DNA of 64,000 nt, taken from positions 1,054,001 through 1,118,000 of the forward strand of contig NC_043021.1 in NCBI RefSeq assembly GCF_006345805.1, written 5' to 3'. The first letter of the stretch is position 1. Each line of letters starts with the position of its first letter. A program made the translations under genes and the position numbers. Shown piece by piece: positions 49,966 to 61,900 of this stretch. The DNA comes from Octopus sinensis (Eukaryota). The notes beneath the pieces are model-generated. The model was not told the origin of the DNA and did no database searches. It saw only the letters and a program-made list of their open reading frames with translations.

Positions 49966-50873
49966 AATATTTAAAAAGAATTGGATTTACCTGATTAGAG
50001 CAATTAAAATTATAAGTCAATCAACTGTAACGTAGGAGTGGAAACTGGTTGTCATAAGATTTGAACTTGTGTCTTTATGTCTCACAGTGTTGTATTTAAC
50101 TTTAACAATAATGCAAATGTTCACTGTTGATGTAAAAGTGTCTCTTTAGAATGATCAATCAATATTCACCAACTGATCTTTCATGAACAACAAACGCCAT
50201 ATTCTGTTGCAGTCTACCATTGCCTATTCTTATTATAGATTCTATTTTTAGCACCATTTATCCCAAATATTGTTCATAATGTGATTAAGGCACTTGTTGT
50301 CCTTAATATTTGTGTTTGGAGATTTAGATAACAAGCCGAGCCATGGTCTGTCTTGTCAATTATTTGGTTTTAAGGGTCACCATCAAAGACCCCATCTTTG
50401 GCAGGAATGGATACCACCATAATGATTGTATCTGGTAAAGCCTGTTTCTTCTTATTGTTGCATTATATCAGTTACATCTGTGGCCTACACTCACAAAAGA
50501 TTTTATTCCAACAATTTAATTACATAGTTTCACTACATTTCTACTGTGGACTAATGAAAGTGGGGTTTTTTTGACCCCTGAGGGTGCTGTATTGGTGTTT
50601 AATAGGCTGACATTAAGAATCGGCCAACTGTGACTCACAATTTAAATTAAATCAGTCCAAAAGAATAGGTTTAAGCAACAGATTTAAAGAGTTTTGTATG
50701 GGAAGTTGATGAGGTTGAATGAATGAGCAGATCTCGTGTTGTTTTAGCCCTGTTTGAGGAGATATCATCAGAATCATGTATGCTATGCTTTTTTCTTATA
50801 TTTTGTTTATTATTATTTCTTCTGTTAGATTGATGAAGACAATATTGATGATCTTGGAGAACAGAAGAAGTGA
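42303..50873 (+). CDS. DENR: Density-regulated protein (translation reinitiation/40S recycling factor, MCTS1 partner), 6 coding exons, 561 nt, 186 aa
   Basis: Exons 42303-42396, 43501-43520, 44326-44416, 46458-46631, 47953-48089, 50829-50873 join in frame. N-terminal four-Cys zinc site ([21 protein letters not shown]), basic [10 protein letters not shown] linker, SUI1-like C-terminus ([30 protein letters not shown]). Confidence 0.96.
43501..43520 (+). CDS. DENR: DENR 20-nt micro-exon (E-CTMPVE)
   Basis: CTGCAG acceptor, GTAAGT donor; supplies the second zinc-binding Cys. Confidence 0.9.
44326..44416 (+). CDS. DENR: DENR coding exon 3 ([30 protein letters not shown])
   Basis: TTGCAG acceptor, GTGAGT donor. 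Confidence 0.93.
44656..45050 (-). mobile_element. RTE 3' tail copy in DENR intron
   Basis: CATCATCATCGTAAAACGTCCG...GGATGCCCTTCCTAACGCCAACC family sequence with CpGs largely kept. Confidence 0.75.
46458..46631 (+). CDS. DENR: DENR coding exon 4 ([23 protein letters not shown]...GLATY)
   Basis: TTCAG acceptor, GTATGT donor. Confidence 0.93.
47953..48089 (+). CDS. DENR: DENR coding exon 5 ([21 protein letters not shown]...EKWPQ)
   Basis: CACAG acceptor, GTGAGT donor, SUI1 core. Confidence 0.94.
49700..49885 (+). mobile_element. Probable Penelope-like element terminus with minimal hammerhead-like motif
   Basis: CTTT-CTGTAGAA-GAGC-GTAG-GCTC-GAAA-CGGA-AAAG at 49773-49808; assignment to PLEs is by analogy to known PLE minimal hammerheads. 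Confidence 0.5.
50829..50873 (+). CDS. DENR: DENR last coding exon ([14 protein letters not shown])
   Basis: TTAG acceptor after a pyrimidine tract, TGA stop. Confidence 0.92.
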   Translation: MDEDNIDDLGEQKK

Positions 50874-52789
50874 CATATGTTTCAAGATCCATCCATGCCA
50901 CTGCCACAAGGTATCACTTGCTGAACTTTGAGCTGCCCTCTTTCTCTCTCTCTCCACCTGGCAGCATTTGCCATTTTGTTGCCAAAATGTGATTCTTCTT
51001 GCATTATCACAGATTTCAAATTGAAAAAAATACTATTATCACATGCAAGAAAAAATATAAATATATATATTTATCAATATATATATATATAAAGAAACGT
51101 CCAAACTGAGTTTGATTTATTGTTATTAGTGAGAAGTGGGGGGGGGGCAGGGGACTGAACAGAATTCTTGGAGCAGCTGACAAAATGCTTTGCAGTATTT
51201 CTTCTGGCTCTTTGTGTTCCAAGTTCAAATTCTGCTGAGGTCAATTTTACCTTTCTTCCTTTTGGGGTTGATGAAATAAAGTACCTATGAAGTACTTCGT
51301 TTTATACAATTGACCATTCTTTCCTTCAAAACATGTTGTGTCTTTATTATTGAAGAGAAGATAAAATGGAGTGAAGAATGCTGTGTCTCTGAAATTGAAT
51401 TCTTTTCTTTGATGTTCCTATTCTTCACTTTGCTGTTTATCCTTCTTAAAGTAGTGAACAACAGCAGAATACTGGGGTCAATATAATTATGACTTTGTGC
51501 AAATGCTAGAAACTATTTTACATTCTGAGATTCTGTTGGGTTTATATAAAGATAAGTACCAGTAATATACTGGTGTTGATTTCACTCTTGTGATCTTGTA
51601 TTGATGCAAAAAGGTATTTTTAATTCGTTTTCTGTCCCTCCATATAACAACTCAGTTAAACAACATTCTGTTTGTGTTGGAATATACTTCATGAAATGGG
51701 GGACCCCCCCTAATTATAAATGGTGCTTACCAATACTTGAAATGCTTCGTAATCAGCATGGATGTTGCGGGTTCAATTAGTCCTCGTGTCACATCACTCT
51801 TCATAAATTTACCTCTACCTTTCAGTTCCTATAACTGTCTCATTTGTGGTGGCTGATCTAATCGGAGGAACTAATAATGTTACACATTAGATACTGGATA
51901 TAAGACATATGTATAGCTATATCAATATATTTTGGTTATCACACTGTGATATTGCTAAGTATGGCATAGTGGTATCACTATATACAGAGGTGGATTCATG
52001 AAGATTACAGATGTTAAGATTATCTCTGAAAAACAGAAATGGGGGCAAATATTGACAATGGGTTCGGCAACATTTCTGTGTGGAGGATCAATAGAAAAAG
52101 TGGAGGGTGTATGAAAGGGAAAGGTAGAAGACTAAAATAGTTTCACATTTCAGTAAAATTTTATTAAATCCAATCAATTATATAAGACATCAAAAAAAAA
52201 AAAAAGTTTAATTCGCAAGAACTGCAAATATCAAGATACTCCTCACATTTCAAACAAATTGTGTGGAATCAATTCGGTTCATTGTTTTGAGACAACATTG
52301 ATCCAAGAAGAAATTGAACTCAGAACCTCAAGAGAAAGGACTAGTCACTATAAAGTTTACTTTGTCCTTTCTGCCCCTGTGTGTCTTTTTTTTTTTTTCC
52401 ACTAGATTTACAGAGGAGGGGAAAATAGGAGATTATCAGGATTGTCTTTCAAGATCCCTTTAAATTCTAGAAAGAAAAAAATTGGTGGGAGGGATAAATA
52501 TTTTTATTGCCATGAAACTTCCATAATATATGTAATTTAATAATCCTATTTGGAGGTGATAATTCTGTATAATGTTATCTGTGTAACCTCAGTGAAAAAC
52601 ACTAAAATTTAAAACTAATTTAATGACCAAGAGAAGTGTTTAGTTATCTTTGCTATCATTCTTTTAACGATTATTAGTCTCCAATGAAAACTAGAAAATG
52701 AATTTTCACACTATATTAGATATTTTAAAACTTTCTAAAGCTTTTCCATAAATGTAGAAAAAAAACTTAGATACTTTTTTTTTAAAGAC

Positions 52790-52951
52790 TCAGTGATGGA
52801 TCTTAGACAAAAGGTCATGTACTACCATTGTGTAGGATCTTCCTTCCTCTTCTAAATTATGGCATGTCTCAATGCTCTGTTTTGCTGCAATCACAATTTC
52901 ATTGTATAAAGTTGGATCACAAAGTAATAGTTTGGCTTTTTCCAAGAACTC
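52790..52951 (-). CDS. GLT1D1: GLT1D1 last coding exon (EFLEKAKLLLCDPTLYNE...SKIHH*)
   Basis: TTGCAG acceptor, TGA stop; AATAAA on the minus strand at 52508-52503. Confidence 0.88.
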   Translation of the reverse strand, partial: EFLEKAKLLLCDPTLYNEIVIAAKQSIETCHNLEEEGRSYTMVVHDLLSKIHH

Positions 52952-55900
52952 CTGCAAAAAAGCAATAATGAAGTTATTCACTGAAGAATTCACCTTTTGA
53001 TATTAGATCAGAATTATTTAAAAATATACTTTGAAAAGACACAACATTTAAAAATTATTTTCAAATTAAAAGGACAGTGTCTGTTAGCATTTTCTGAGTC
53101 TCCAAGACAGATGGAAGAAACAAAGTAAGTTCTCTTTAGACAGAATACTTAGCTGGTTCCATTTGACTGAGTGCATTCTACTAAAATGCACCAAAGAGTC
53201 AGTTTACTGTAACACCATAAGCTATATGCACGATATAAATATGTATATACATACACATTATATATCCCAGTCAGCTTACCTTTATGTTATATATATGTAC
53301 TCATATATACACATTTTATATCTTGATAGAAAATAGGGACTGAAGTGAACTACATCAATCAGTATTTGATGTGAAAAATCTGGCTGACAGAATGTGAAAT
53401 GAGAAATCTGGGAATGGGTTCCAGTTCTCGGTTGGTGCATTAATTGCAGAACGGTAATCAGAGACTCAAAAATGAAAATGTTAATTTTGTTCAAGGTTTT
53501 TGATCATTTTGAATGGCTAGAGGAAATATTTTCTTGTTATACAATGATTTCAATGTATAATCAATCAATGAATTAATTAATCCTCAAATAATTCTCATCA
53601 GATCCTAAAGTTATGGAAAGTCTTCAGAGTTTCTGGCAAACCTATAACAGTGGAAGAAGGTGAATTTCCAGTAGCAATTACAAACCTCAAGAATTGTCCA
53701 TCCTAATAATTCGGTCGGTTGAGGTTGTTGATAACTGACTTATCAAATTACCTTCTTCGATTTTCTTACAGAAAATGGAATATCATAATGATGCTTTAGC
53801 TAGGGCAGCAGCATATACTCTCTTTTACTTGTTTCAGTCATTTCACTGCAGCTATGCTGGAGCACCGCCTTTAGTCAAGCAAATTGACCCCAGGACTTAT
53901 TCTTTCTAAGCCTACTACTTATTCTATTGGTCTCTTTTGCCAAACAGTGACATAAACACACCAGCATCGGTTGTCAAGGGATGTGGGGGGGGGGGGGCAA
54001 ACACAGACACACAAACATATACATGACAGGTTTCTTTCAGTTTCTGTCTACCAAATCCATTCACAAGGCTTTGGTTGGCCCAAGGCCATAGTAGAAGACA
54101 CTTTCCCAAGGTGCCATGCAGTGGGACTGAAACTGGAACCATGTGGTTGGTAAGCAAGCTACTTATCACTCCTACTGACAATATTTGTTACATTCTTAAT
54201 GAAAATACTGAGAAAATTTGAATTTGTCTGAAGTAAATCTAATAGTGTTAGAAGTAGGAAATGATTGACAATTTTCTAGATACATTTATTACACATCCGA
54301 TAGAACTGCCCCTCCATTTCTTCATTTAGTTTCAAATCTCCAATTATAATAGTGGATATATAAAAGTTTCTTTTTCTCTAAATTCATTCTTTTAAAACAC
54401 GACATTTTTCCCCTGTCACTGACGGAATTTGGCAAAGAAGGTAATTTGATAAGTCAGTCATATACATCCATTGAACCACTGGGATGGGCAGCTCTTGATG
54501 TTTGCAAACTGAAAATCTATCAGAGCTTTAAGGTTTGAAAGGTATTAGTTGATGGTCAACTGCTTAATTAATTAATTGATCAATTAACTAATTAAGCATT
54601 CAAACCAGTGTATAGTAATGAAATAGTTCTTCCAGCCAATCAAAATGATTGCAGCCTTAATGTTATGTAACAACATCCTCCTCACTTTTCAGTCTGCACA
54701 TACATATGTATGTATGTATTTTCATAACAAAAATTAAGCAAACCAAAAGTAATACTGACCTGCGGTGTATTATAAAGAAGAGCAGATTTACCATCCTGGA
54801 GAATAGCAGAATTGCCAGGAATGTTGCGAGCAATCACTGGAGTGCCAAGTTGCATTGCCTTAAATTTGATAAAAAAAGAAAATGGTGTTTGGGAGAGTAT
54901 GGGTTTTGAATGACAGAAATAATGGATTTGTTACACATTTACTGAAATAAAAGTAATAAAGCCATTCATAATTTAAGTATTTGTCCACAATTATATTTTT
55001 GTTGGTGGTAAACTGGTAGATTTGTTGGAGTGGAGGAGAAAGTGTTTTCTTCCAATAAAGAACCAACCCAGGGCAGTGGATTGGTGGAAAATAAGTACTG
55101 GATGAAATGTATGGCAGTAATTGTTCCAATCACCCCCACCCTGTGACTGTGTTCAATGGAGATTACTGTTACATGCATTCAAAAGAAATCTTTGGTTTGA
55201 TGATAACTTCCTGCCTTCCACCAGTGTTGGAACCCCTAAAAGTATAACAGGTCAAAGGTGCTAGCCTTTCTTTTCTGACTTATCAAAAAAAAAAAGAAAA
55301 AAATGTACAGAATTGTTGTTGAAGACTGCTCAATGACTGGTTTTATACCTGTTAATGAAAAGGGACATGCCCATAGTTTTTTGTAGGGCTAACTGGACTG
55401 ATGAGATTACCTTGGGGAAAATGTAGACACAAAAACATTTCTGGAGGACAAGAATTAGAGTAAATCAGATGAATGAAAGATGATGAGGAGAGACAAGAAG
55501 TGTATTGGTTGGCCAGGGGTCACTTGTTCAGAAGGTCGTTGTTGCTTAACCCCAGGTCAGCCCTCATTGAACAGACTTATGATCAAACAGTATTCCTGTC
55601 ATGACCATCCAGTGGCTTTACAGGTATTTACAACTGCTATCCAATGTCCATCCTCTTTTTTACGAACATGTTGTTTGAAGGAGATTTATTTGTTATTTCT
55701 AGCAGACTGAGTGACCATGTAGAGGCTTGCTCACAAGAAATGAATGAAGCCCAAGGGCAGAAGGTATTTGAGTCATGAGGCTCTTGTGTCGATTCCTTTG
55801 GCTTTGATGGCTGAAGGTATTTGGGACTCAAGGAAACAGTTTCACTGGAAAATAAGTCATTGAGGAGAGACTGAGACAGAGCGACATGATGAGGTGATGA

Positions 55901-58900
55901 TGATGATAACCTCCATCACCTCTGATACATGGCTGTGTTGTGATTAGGAGTTAGGGTAGATCTTAATGCTGTGGGCTCGAATATTACGTTTCCTTTTGAT
56001 TATACACATTCTGTATCGATGAAATTCATGCTTGTTTCAAAGACATTAACAACAAAAGGGAAGTGGCTTTAAATGGAGGCCACTTGTCGAGTTGGCCACA
56101 CAGTAATGACACTGGGTACCTTTGTCAATGAGGGAACATCTACACAGGCAACCTGCTAGAAATAACAAGTGAATTCCATGAAATTACATCCTACCATTGT
56201 AAAAAAAGATACATTGCTTAATGAAATTCTAGATGTACGAAATGGAATGTCTTCCATCTCAGGATAGGTTGGAGTCTGCTGGCAGCAAGGCTATCTACCC
56301 CTCCCCCCCACTGCAAATGAATGGATACTTCCCCATCAAAAGCAATAGTAGCAGTAAAAAAAGAAAGAGAATTCACCTCCAAAATGGCTGTTGACATTCC
56401 TTCGCTGAGGGAAGAGTTGACCACAGCACAACTTTGTTCTATTGAAGCATGAGTGTCAGATGGAATGAGACCGTTTATGTAGACTACTCCAGGTAACCTG
56501 TAGTTTATAAGATAAGAGATAACAAGGGCAGGGTGATAGAGTTAGAATGGTGTTGGGTACAGATAAGGATGGAGAGGGTTTGGGATAGTGAAAGGAAGAA
56601 ATGTGGAAGGGGCTGGGTGAAGGAAGGTCAAGATGTAAGGAGGAGCTATGAGTTGAAGTGCGAAGGAATTGAGGCCTTTTTTTGATCAATAACAAGATCA
56701 CATTCATCAGTATTTAAAGAAGAGGAAATAGAGGTAGATGTAGGAATTCTCAATTATCAGGGTGAGTGAAAAGTAAGCAACATTTTGAATCATGAAGAAT
56801 TTGTACTGGATTTTTGCAGAATTTTGATTTTTTTTTTGCAATTGCCTGACAGACACAGACTTGCCCAAATGCATCAACAAATTAACATTGATATATTTTT
56901 TTTACTGTTGTTACAATCATCTGAAATGGAACTCAGTGCGATATTCGATCAATTTTGCTATTCAACTTCAAAAAAGGATGTAAAACAGCGGTGAAACTCA
57001 TACTCTCTTTTACTTGTTTCAGTCATTTGACTGTGGCCATGCTGGAGCACCGCCTTTAATTGAGCAACTCTACCCCGGGACTTATTCTTTTGTAAGCCCA
57101 GTACTTATTCTATCGGTCTCTTTTGCCGAACTGCTAAGTAACGGGGACATAAACACACCAGCATCGGTTGTCAAGCAATGCTAGGGTGACAAACACAGAC
57201 ACACACACACATATATATATATATATACATATATACGACGGGCTTCTTTCAGTTTCTGTCTACCAAATCCACTCACAAGGCTTTGGTCGGCCTGAGGCTA
57301 TAGTAGAAAACACTTACCCAAGGTGCCACGCAGTGGGACTGAACCCGGAACCATGTGGTTTGTAAACAAGCTACTTACCACACAGCCACTCCTGCTCATG
57401 ATATCAACAAAACATTTGATGAGGAAATGACCAGTGAGTGGTCAGCTCGAAAATGGTTTAAATGATTCTGCAGTGGAGACCTGAGCCTTGAAGATCGTGA
57501 ATGTAGTGGATACCTATCTATCATTGATGACAGTCAATTAAAGATCCACGTAAAACCACTCAAGAACTGGCAAAAGAACTTCAAGTTAACCAGAAAACTG
57601 CCTGCAACCATTTGCATGTGATTGGAAAATCAAAAAAGCTCAACAAATGGATAGCACACGATTTGAATGAAAATCAGAAAATGCGCAAAAAAAGGAAATT
57701 TGCTTGTCGCTTCTCTAACCAATCCATTTCTTGACTGGATTCTGTAGAATTGGTGTCAACCAATTGAAATATCAAGTTAACATTCATGTTATGAGATTTT
57801 CACTGAAATAAACAGACTTAGGTGGGTTGGTTATTAAAATGTTTGCCTTCAGTTTTATAGGTAACTAGCAGCCGTACCCAGAGTTGCCCAGGGCTGTTTG
57901 TTAAGTATGCCTGGTCAGCGTAGTCTCCCACGAAGTAGAGCTGAAGAAACTGAGGCGAGGCAGCATCATGCAGCTGCAGGGAACCAATTCAATGGTAAAT
58001 CTGCCCCTGTACTTTAAAGGCATGAAATGCCCATCTTGTATGATATTGGCACCAAAGGAAGTAATTTGGAGCGCGCAGTTGTAGGCATGTTTCTGCTTGA
58101 GAAAGTCATGAGAATAAGGAGATGCCCCTGTCAAAAGGGGTGGAGGATCTTGTAGAAGAGGTACTGTAATCTTACCGTTGGAGCAGCACATGCTGGGAGT
58201 TTCTCCAGGCCACTTTTTAGCTCTGCAAAATTGGCAGATTGTGGACATGCAGCCTATTTGAACATCAGGGTGATTATTGGAGTCAATTGTAGGATCATAG
58301 TTGAATGCTGTCATTGACCAATGCAAGGAGCATGGCCTTGAGTAGGAACATCACGCAACCCTTCGCTGAGTTGTAGCCTCCCATCATTGTTGTCTTTCCC
58401 CTGTAGTCTCTGTAGCGCATGCAGCAGTATCTGTTGTAAGTCGATCTGCACATTGTGCTGCAGTCTCTGAAGCTCGTGTAGCAGCAGTAGAGGAAGGATT
58501 TCTTGTTCGGCGTGCTGAACATTGCTCATTGCTCTGGGTTGCTCACTGCACTGCAATATGTGCAAACCAATTACAAAGCTGCTCTTCACTTTCCCTTCTT
58601 CGTGCTGAAGCCATTCTAAGTGCATTGAGAGAGTTCCTCCCGGTGGCGTCCTTGGCAGATTCATTTGCATGCACACGTTTACTTTCCTTTGCAGCATTTG
58701 TTTCTCAACCTCTATTGGATCTTTTGTGTTGAGGCATGGTGGAAAATTATCAGTTTACGCAATATAAAAAGTCCTAAGGAAAAAGCGGTAAATGTCTAGC
58801 ACCCAAAAAATAGTAAAATGTAGTTGGCAAAAATGTTAATCAAACACCGAATCAAGGATTTTTAATTTTGAGTAAGTTTTGAAGTGGCTAGTTTAAGTTG

Positions 58901-61900
58901 GAATAATTATATGAAAAAGAGCGCTCACATGAAAACAAGTAAATCATAACTCGCAGATGTATACTGCTGGCAGTACTGTGCAAGCAGTTGATAAGAGCTG
59001 AGTGTGTGTCATGCTTTTTTGCTGGCTCAAACCTAATCCTAGGCAAATTGAGAGTAGTCTATTTATATTGAGGGTGCGGAATTTTGAGGAAAAAATAAGA
59101 AAAAGTGTCCTAAATCAAAGAGAGCACACATGTCAAAATTGGTGAAATTCGGTTGAAAATTGTAGGAGTAGAAGTGGTTCACACAACACACAGACAGACA
59201 ACTTGCCTTTTAATATATAAGATACTTTTTAAAAGTTCTTATCTTCAATAATGCTATTTTGGGGGATTAATTCTTCAGTCAACAAAGGCATTAAACCAAG
59301 TGTTGTATTTTTCTATTTTACAACCATTTTTCAGTTTCGCTTCCATTTGATATTGGTTCTTGTTAGAGTCATTATTTGGTGGTAATTAATTAACCATAAA
59401 GAGTATATCTGTTTATCAACCCAGAATATTGATGGAAATGAGGTGGAGGGGGCAACATCACATCTGCATAACTAAACAAAGGAGGAAGTGAGACAGGAAG
59501 AGGAGTCAAATAACTTACGTTTGGATTTTCTTCAGGAACTTTTCATAATAACAATCTTCAATCTATAAAGTAAGAAATTGTTTCAAGTAAAATTTGTAGC
59601 CATTAAAACATTAGGTGGGGAGCATGTTTTATTTATTATAAAAGTGGGAAGGTGTCAGGATTCAGGTTCAAGTAAAGATGGCAGCAGTTGAGGCTTTAAA
59701 TTTGATCTGACCAGGGACAATTGGGTTATCGAAGGAAGAATCTGAATTCAGAATGCAAAATGTCAGAAAACAGAAGACAAGGAATCCTCTCCAACATTTA
59801 CAATTCCATCAGTCTTTTTTTTATTGTGGATTGGTATTTTAAAAAGATGTCCCTGTGGGATTTAAACTCAGAGCTGAATTCAGTAAAACTTGAAGAACTG
59901 CAATGAATGCTTCAAAATATTTCTTCCATTTCTTTATATTCGAACTTCAAATTCTGCAGAGGTCAACTTTGTCATTCATTCCTTCAGGCAGTGATGAAAT
60001 AAAGAACCAGTCAAGCACTGAGGCCAACTGTATCAAGTCCTTTACAAATTGTTGGCTTTGTATTGGAAATAATAATGCAGTGCCAGGCAGTGGCTCCCAT
60101 GGTTTCTGATCTTAACTGATTGGAAGTGTTATCATGTACATTGTTTTGTCTTGGTATAAAAGATGGGCTACAGCAAATATTCTGTTCAATACTACAGATT
60201 TACTTGTCAGTTGTTTGACCTCAACCAGTTGAGCATGTCCCTTAGTGGCTGACGATATGTGCATCTCTAATCAGGAGGAGAAGTAATGGGGGAGCATCAT
60301 AGCCATGTGTTAAGAAGAATTCTTTGTGGTTTGGATAATTCACCTTTGGAAACATGGCTGTTTTGTTCAACACTTTTAAACAACCTTTATTCAGGGACCA
60401 TTTGAGCAGGATGGGTTACTCGACCTGAAGAAAATTCTAACTGGGCCCCACCTGCAAGGTCATGCACTGTTTATCATGATATGAGATCACTATGGCATGC
60501 ACATATTGTTGTGATGCATGTGCGTGATGTACTTTTATCAGACGGGTAGTCATGGTGGGAACACTGGGTTTTATATATTTTACCCCAGTGTCACTTTGAT
60601 GGCATGCACTGCTCTCTCACTCAGTTATAATAATCTTTTCTACTATAGGCACAAGGCCTGGATTTTGTGGAGAGAGGGACAGCCGATCAAATCAACCTCA
60701 GTACTCAACTGGTAATTTATTGACCCCAAAAGGATGAAAGGTAAAATCAACCTTGGTGGAATTTGAACTCAGAACGTAAAGACAGACAAAATGCTCCTTA
60801 GCATTTTGTCCGCCACCTTTGTATTAATAATAAGTATTATTATTATTATTATTCAATATTATTAAGGCAACAAGCTGGCAGAGTTGTTAAGATGCTGGTC
60901 AAAATGCCGAGTGGCATTTTGTCTGTCCATCTTTACATAGTGATTTCAAATTCTGCCAAGGTCAACGTTGCTTTTCATCCTTCTGAGGTTGAGACAATAA
61001 ATACCAGTTACACACTGGGGTCAATGCAATCGACATATCCTTTCCCCCGAAATAGCTGGCCTTGTGTCAAAATCATTATTATTTTTATTGTATACCGTTT
61101 TATGTATAAATGAAATTCATCTCAACAATACTTTAAAGTTAGTATTGAGAAAAGGAAGGGAAGCGCAGAGACTGACAAACACATAGGAATGAAAATTAGA
61201 CGAACGCTTTTAAAGAGAGGCACAAGCATGGCTGTGGGGTTAATCTGTTTGGCTTCACGCCCACAGGGTTCGAGGTTCAATCCCAGTGGACTGCACTGCG
61301 GACAAGTGTCTTCTTCCATTGATTTATGTTGGCCAACAGTAGGAGAAATTTTATTGACAGAAACCAACCAGCTGTCCTGCTCAACCACCCATCTTCTACC
61401 AATACGTCGTGAGAGAAATTTAATAGACAGAAACTGTCTGTCTGTCTTATTGTTAATATATATCAATAAAGGATATGAAAAATTCTGTGAACTGAGGAAG
61501 AAAGCTTTTTAGTAATGGCTCAGCACTGAGTTATGCCCCTTCATCTATTTCACCATCAACAATGTAAACTCGGGAGCTAATGACGAGTCTTTACAAGAAA
61601 GAAACAAGTCAACAGGGTTAATTACATTTGGATCTAATGTAATTCAGAATTAAAAACAATATTTGTTTGAGTGAAATACTCACCTTGGGACCGATGATAA
61701 CAAAGAAACACGTTCTATGTTCTCTGTGCCATTCTGTAAGTACAAGGTAATTATAATTATTAGATTGGAATAATTCCGAGATAAATGTTTTAAAGAAGCT
61801 CTTAATTACACAAATTAACCTCTTCCTCTTCATTGTTATTAAGTGAGGGAGTGAGCCACTGGAACAGACAAGATTAAAATTTAAAGACGATCAAGCAAAT

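Noticed and set aside
57330-57394. tRNA-like A/B box sequences (also 36050-36148 and others)
   Set aside because: They are SINE heads continuing into SINE bodies; no complete cloverleaf was seen.
58295-58732. Independent ORFs of 67-128 aa
   Set aside because: Explained as frames of the decayed Helitron Rep N-terminus.
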